DNA from: Felis catus
Taxonomy: Eukaryota
Direction: 5' to 3'
Length of the DNA: 64,000 bases
Assembly: GCF_018350175.1 (NCBI RefSeq)
Contig: NC_058375.1
Span: forward strand, 45,508,001-45,572,000
The translations under genes and the position numbers were made by a program. Under the pieces are notes generated by a model. That model was not told the DNA's origin. It searched no databases and saw only the letters and a list, made by a program, of their open reading frames with translations. Each line of letters opens with the position of its first letter. The first letter of the stretch is position 1. This document shows positions 58,611 to 64,000 of this stretch, piece by piece.

Positions 58611-60129
58611 GCGTCTCTTCACCACCTAGGGAAACTTAATGGGCCAAGTGAAATGCCAATGGCAGGGCTTGCGTCCTCATCACTTTCTTCCTCCTTACGT
58701 GTTTCTCTAAATAACGGCCCTCCAAGTGGGTTAGTGCTATTCTGAAAACCTGTAGCTTTGGGTGGGCTGGACCTGGGCAGAAAGCTTGTGAATTACTTAA
58801 CCTTTACCTAACCTTTCTGGACTTCAGTTCCTTCATCTAGGAAACAGGAATCATTACACCCACCTCAAAGGGCTGTTTGAAGTATTAGAATTAAGGGTGG
58901 AATACGGAACGGTCCAATCCAGGGCACAGAACAAGTTACTCCCCTCCCATCTTCCCCATCACTAAGGCTTTGATGGCTAATGGCCATCCAGAAAACAGCT
59001 TTCGAAAGAGGTTCTCTCTTTATCTGAATAGCATTATGGGAAGTTTTCCTGCAATGCCATATAATATTGCCTATATGTCTCTTAACACCTCTTAGACCTA
59101 TAATGCGTACCGCTGGCCTACAAATAAAGAAGGAAAACAAAATCTCAGGTCTCCCTGATGGGGAGTGACCCTGGAAAGGTTTTTTAATCTTGCTAAGCCT
59201 CTTTTTATTAGTCTTCTCTAAGTTTCTACAGTTTTCCATGGCTGTGAGGATTAAATGGAGTACTGCAGGTATAACGCTGGGCCACAGCAGGTAGTTCATA
59301 CGGCACATCAGATGGCACTGTATTTGAATGCCCTCTGCTATTTACTAACTTGAAGGCCCCTTTGAGGTCTGATTTCAACATCTACCAAAAGGGGATTGTG
59401 ATTCTTATGTTTAACGTGGTTGCGCAGGTCCACGCAGTACCGCTGGTGGGTATGCCCAACACCCGGAAAGCGCTCGTATCTGGTAAGACTTCTTCCCCCA
59501 CTTTTCCCGAATGCTTCTGAATTGTGTTGTCATGGTTAAGAAGCGCTAAAGAGTATGTTAAAGAGAGAGAGAGAGAGAGAATGAGGTAGAGATGCACAAA
59601 GGCCAAACAAGTGACATGTATCCTTCTTTTGGAGGGTTCCTAAGAGTTAAACTTGGGGCGGGGTTCAAATATCAAGATGGTTCTGCATAGACAAAAACTT
59701 TACGAGGCGATCACATTTGGTTCATATCAAAATCACTCAGATCCAAAGATGCATTCCAAGCAGTTGACATCCATTTCAGTTGGATGCTAATTCCATTTTA
59801 AAAATTAATCCAAACTTGACAAGAAGCTGATCTCATGTAGCTCATCAGGACATCCCACTCCCATTCGGTTTCCTGGGAAGGAAACGGGGAGCCTGGCTGT
59901 CAAAGCCAGAGCTGAAGACACGCCTTTCCCTCATTTCAGCTGAAATACGCATTTCAGAAAGGACTGAAACAGCCTGGTTGAGTCTCATAAATCACTGCTG
60001 CCACGGCCTTGTTGCCTTTCAGTTGAGATTTACCAAAAAACAAAAGCACTCATGTCCTTTCCTGCAATCATTGGATCCGAGAGCCCCAGCGCCAGAAGTG
60101 CCTCCGAAAGCTTGCCTCTTCCCTCCCCA

Positions 60130-60810
60130 TCAACCCCTCGCATCTAAAAGTCACCAAAGCCCACCATCCTGTCCTCCTGCCGTTTGCCAAACCCATCTCT
60201 CCAACTTTACTCCAGCTTTTGCTCCCTTGGTCAACACTTCTCACTTAGACTACTGCAGTCAAGTCCCAAATCTTCTGGACTCTGCTCGTCCATCCTCTAG
60301 ACTGCAGTCAACATCTTTACGATACGCCAACGTGACCATACTACCCCTTGTTTACAAGCTCCCAGTGGCTCCCTTCAGGATCGAGTACAAAATGCCCACC
60401 TTCACCGCGGACAACGGGCATGTTCTGGCCCCCATCTATCTCTTCAGATCCCTCCTCTGCCACTGCCCCCCCCCTTACACTTTGTACCCCAGCCATAATT
60501 CACTTTGAACGACTGTTTTGCTCCTGGAATGCTTTAATAAACCTGGAACTACCTGAGAGCCCTATGTGCTCTTCACAACTACATAAATATAATCTCCTTC
60601 TGAAGGCCTTTCCTGACTTCTCTCCACCCCCAAGCACAGTTATCTGCTCTCCTGTCCGTGGCCCCACACACTGGGCATCCACTCTGTTTACACTGTTTTA
60701 GAATTATCAGTGCACATGTCTGTTGTCCCCACTATGCTTTGAATCCCTCGAACGCTAAAGCCATGCAGTAGTACCTTGGATTCCCATGTTCACAGAGTAG
60801 GTGTATATGC
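60130..60810 (+). mobile_element. L2 3' fragment
   Basis: TCTCACTTAGACTACTGCAG...CCAGTGGCTCCC...CTGGCCCCCATCTATCTCTTCAG. Confidence 0.78.
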
Positions 60811-61774
60811 ACTCACAGTCTATAAATATTCAGACTCCCTACCATGTGCGTAACTAGGAATCTAGAGATGAACAGATAGGCTGTACTCAAAGCCCCTACA
60901 GCCTGGAGGCACAGCCAATATACGGAGGCAAATAATAACACAATGTGACATGTGACTCTAAATAGAGTCCCAAGGAGAGGCCCTAAATACTCTCAGTTGG
61001 GAGAGAGGGGATTATATAAGTTATTTCCTTTATGAATTGCATTTGGACTTTTAGAATTTCAGGTCTACGGTTCAAGATGTCAGACTGGACATGGCTCCCA
61101 GACAAGACCCCATTGAACAGCTAACAAAGATGTACAAAATAGAATACATAAATCCTTGGAAGTACTGGTTAACAAACAAAACAAAACAAGCAGGTACAAT
61201 TCACACACAAATCTCTGAAGGGTAAAGAGCAAATGGAATTACTAAGGCATAAGCTAGAGCACAAGAGGTCAGTGACAGACACAGACAGAAGACTGGAGTG
61301 AGTGTGTGACCCAGTGCAACCTAGTAGAGCCCTAGAAAGGCTTTAGAACAGAAGTGAGCAGGCCTGGGGAACCAGAGAGGGCTATGGGATGGCCATGATG
61401 AAAGAATCAAGACTACCCTGGGAAGAGCCAACAGTCTGCATGAGGGCTGGGAATGAGGGCAGGGAAGAGTTCAGGGTAAATCCACAAGCCCATCTTGAGC
61501 TGAAGAAAGAGAAGAAAGATGTTCCACCCAGTCAGAAATGTGCTGCAGTGCTCAAACCCCACAGCGCACTCCCTTTCACCACGGAAATTGTGGGAGCTCA
61601 AGCGACCCGCTCTGCTCCCCGCCATGCCCAATAAGAACCAGCCTGCCATTCAAGGGGACCTGCTCATCTACACAGAGCTTTTTGGATAAATGGACCACGA
61701 TCACCAAGGGAAACCGTGCCATCCAGCTGCCTATGCTGTCAGGCAAGAGAGTCACAAATAAAAGTAAGCCAACT

Positions 61775-61991
61775 GAGGGTGCCAGGACGGCTCAGTTGGT
61801 TAAGCGTCCGATTCTTGATTTAGGCTTAGATCATGATCCCAGGGTCATGAGATTGAGCCCCACATCAGGCTCAGCACTGGGCACAGAGCCTGCTTGGGAT
61901 TCTCTCTCTCTCTCCCTTTGCCCCTCCCCGCCACCCCCCCCCCACACACACACTCTCTCCCCCCGCCTCTAAAAATAGTAATTAAAAAAAT
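61775..61991 (+). mobile_element. CAN-SINE
   Basis: TSD GTAAGCCAACT. Confidence 0.96.
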
Positions 61992-62857
61992 GTAAGCCAA
62001 CTAGGTCAACATTTGAGGAAAACTGATGAGAAAGAGAAATCCCAAGACTGAAAAAATGCACAGAGTGGATCCTGGAGGCAACAGACATAAGCAAGAAACG
62101 GAAGAGAATTTTCAAAGCACATTTCATCAGAAAGCTCACAGGAATTTGGAAAGTTAGTGCCGCCATGAGAAACAGGCAGTGAAGCGTCACTGGAAATGTG
62201 AACTATGTTCATCAACATGCCAAAAATTTAGCAGTGGGGCCAAATAAGAGGTTGGTAATGGCTAGAGACCAAATGAGTCCTCTGGGAGATGAAGTCAAGG
62301 CAATCCCATGACACAGGTACCAGAAGACAAGGAGGAGGGAAATACGAGAAAATTACAAGTTAAACTAAATGGAGAATGGGTCCAGAAGACTCAGAATTCC
62401 TCTAAGGGGATGTTAGTGAAAGCCACGGAGTGGTGCCGATATTGAAGAAAAAAAATAGGAAAAAAAAAAAAAAGAAAGAAAGAAAACATACTCCTTGTCC
62501 TTAAAAAGAGATTTGAGTCTTAGGTTGAAAGGATCATTTCAGGATCATATCAGCATGATAGACATAAGCAAAGCAAACAACAAAAATGAAAATGCACTCC
62601 CAGTCATGATCTGATGAAATTTCAAGCAAGACACTTCTAAAAGATGCCAGGGGATCTGGCAGTAAATGCACCTGAAAAGGACAAAGGATCAGACTGCGTA
62701 CAGATCTTGTGTCAATAGTTATTGGCCCCAGAGCACATGGAGGAGTGTCTATGAAGTTATGAGAGAACATGCTTTTGAATCTAGAACTTTACAACCAGTG
62801 TGAAACTAATTTGAGAATTTCCAAAATGTGGGCGGGGGGAGGGAATCCAAAAGATTA

Positions 62858-63314
62858 TATACCAGGCAAAGAATGACTCTCCCCACAATTAGGAGTCCAC
62901 ATCCTAATTCCAGAAACCTATGACTATGTCACCCCACACGGACTTGCAGATATAAACAAATTAAGGACCCTGACAGGGGTCACTGCAAGTGGGAAACCTT
63001 TTCCTTCATGGTCAGAGAGAGATATGACTGGAGAAGAATGGTCAGAGAGATGTCACAATGCTGGCTTTGAAGACGGAGGAATGCAGCCCAGGGCCAAAGG
63101 ATGCAAGAAACATCTAGAATCCAGAAAAGGCAAGGAAACAGATTTTCCCTGAGTGTCTCCAAAAATGAATCCAGCTCTGCCAATATTTTGATTTTAGCCT
63201 AGTGAGACCTATGTCAGACATCTAACCTACAGAAGTGTTAAGATAATAAATGTGTGTTGTTTTAAGTCACCAAGTTTGCAGTGATGTGTTACAGCAGCAA
63301 CAGGAAACTGTACA
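62858..63314 (+). mobile_element. MaLR solo LTR (MLT1D-like)
   Basis: GTCCACATCCTAATTCCAGAAACC...GCTGGCTTTGAAGACGGAGGA...AGGCAAGGAAACAGATT...TGTTACAGCAGCAACAGGAAAC. Confidence 0.9.
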
Positions 63315-64000
63315 GTTCCCTCCCACACTCCTCTTCTGAAAACCATTACTTGGGAATATACTATAGCAGACTGAAAAAGGAAGCTAAGAAATATAAATAA
63401 ATATGATGCAAGAAACAGTGGAACTAATCCAGAAGGAAAACGTACAAGGTGGATTTACAGCTGTGCAATAAATCCAGCAAGCATTTTATCAAAATTAGAC
63501 GAGAAAGCCAGAAGGCTCTCTGAAAAAAATATCTTAAGGAGAGAGTGAACTCCACAGCAAAAGCACAGACTAAGAGGCCCGATGACCTCAAATATGTGAT
63601 GACTACATTTGCATATTCTACAATTTTTTTTCAAAAGATGCACGAGGAACTTTGGGAAAAATCAAAAGTTGTACAGAAGTCATGATCCAAATACACACAA
63701 ATTAAATAACCGAGAGTAAGAAAAGATCATCTATTTACCCAATAGGACAGGAATATTTCTCTTCATGCGCCATAGCTTAGAATTACCATTTCTTCTTCAT
63801 GGGCTCAATAACACTTCTATATTCTATATCAACTACTATTTACCCAATTACAATATTTGAGATGCTTTTGGCGGGGGTGATTAGAATTAACCTACAGACA
63901 AAGCAGGTGAGATTTAGTTATAATTATAGTACCAAACACAATTGGTATCAACACTGACAGGAGGAAAATAATGTTGACCATCAGGAGTTAGGGCAGGGGG

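Larger units (their letters stand above)
61040..64000 (+). mobile_element. HAL1-like or old L1 5' region with degenerate ORF1
   Basis: 62676-62708 KGQRIRLRTDL (L1 ORF1 KGKPIRLTADL); interrupted by a SINEC and MLT1D; no ORF2 motifs seen before the window end. Confidence 0.65.

Noticed and set aside
1-64000. Assignment of a host gene or species
   Set aside because: No recognisable exon. The SINE subfamily supports Felidae only; BLAST or synteny is needed.

Overview
Eukaryotic, mammalian genomic DNA from a cat-family (felid) genome, judged from about 24 carnivore tRNA-derived CAN-SINEs, several of the young SINEC_Fc type. It is a draft assembly with five short N gaps. I find no protein-coding gene, rRNA, intact tRNA or CRISPR array that I can support. 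The window reads as repeat-dense intronic or intergenic sequence: CAN-SINEs with target-site duplications (TSDs), L1 and HAL1-like fragments, many L2/MIR copies, L3/CR1 reverse-transcriptase (RT) fossils, MaLR/ERVL solo LTRs, hAT MITEs and two large low-complexity tracts. The ORF track reflects repeats, gaps and chance. Best observations: (1) a tailless retrocopy of the 5' half of tRNA-Gly(GCC), ending at the anticodon and flanked by a direct repeat; (2) a SINE+fragment+SINE composite inside one TSD with no Pol III terminator until its end; (3) a SINE with an apparent 3' transduction; (4) a possible Rex1-like RT fossil; (5) a possible TTAA-flanked ancient MITE in conserved-looking DNA; (6) local AT-to-GC substitution patches suggesting GC-biased gene conversion. 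Repeat names and consensus comparisons come from memory and need Dfam/RepeatMasker confirmation. Boundaries of old repeats are approximate. I see no evidence of a new multi-gene system.
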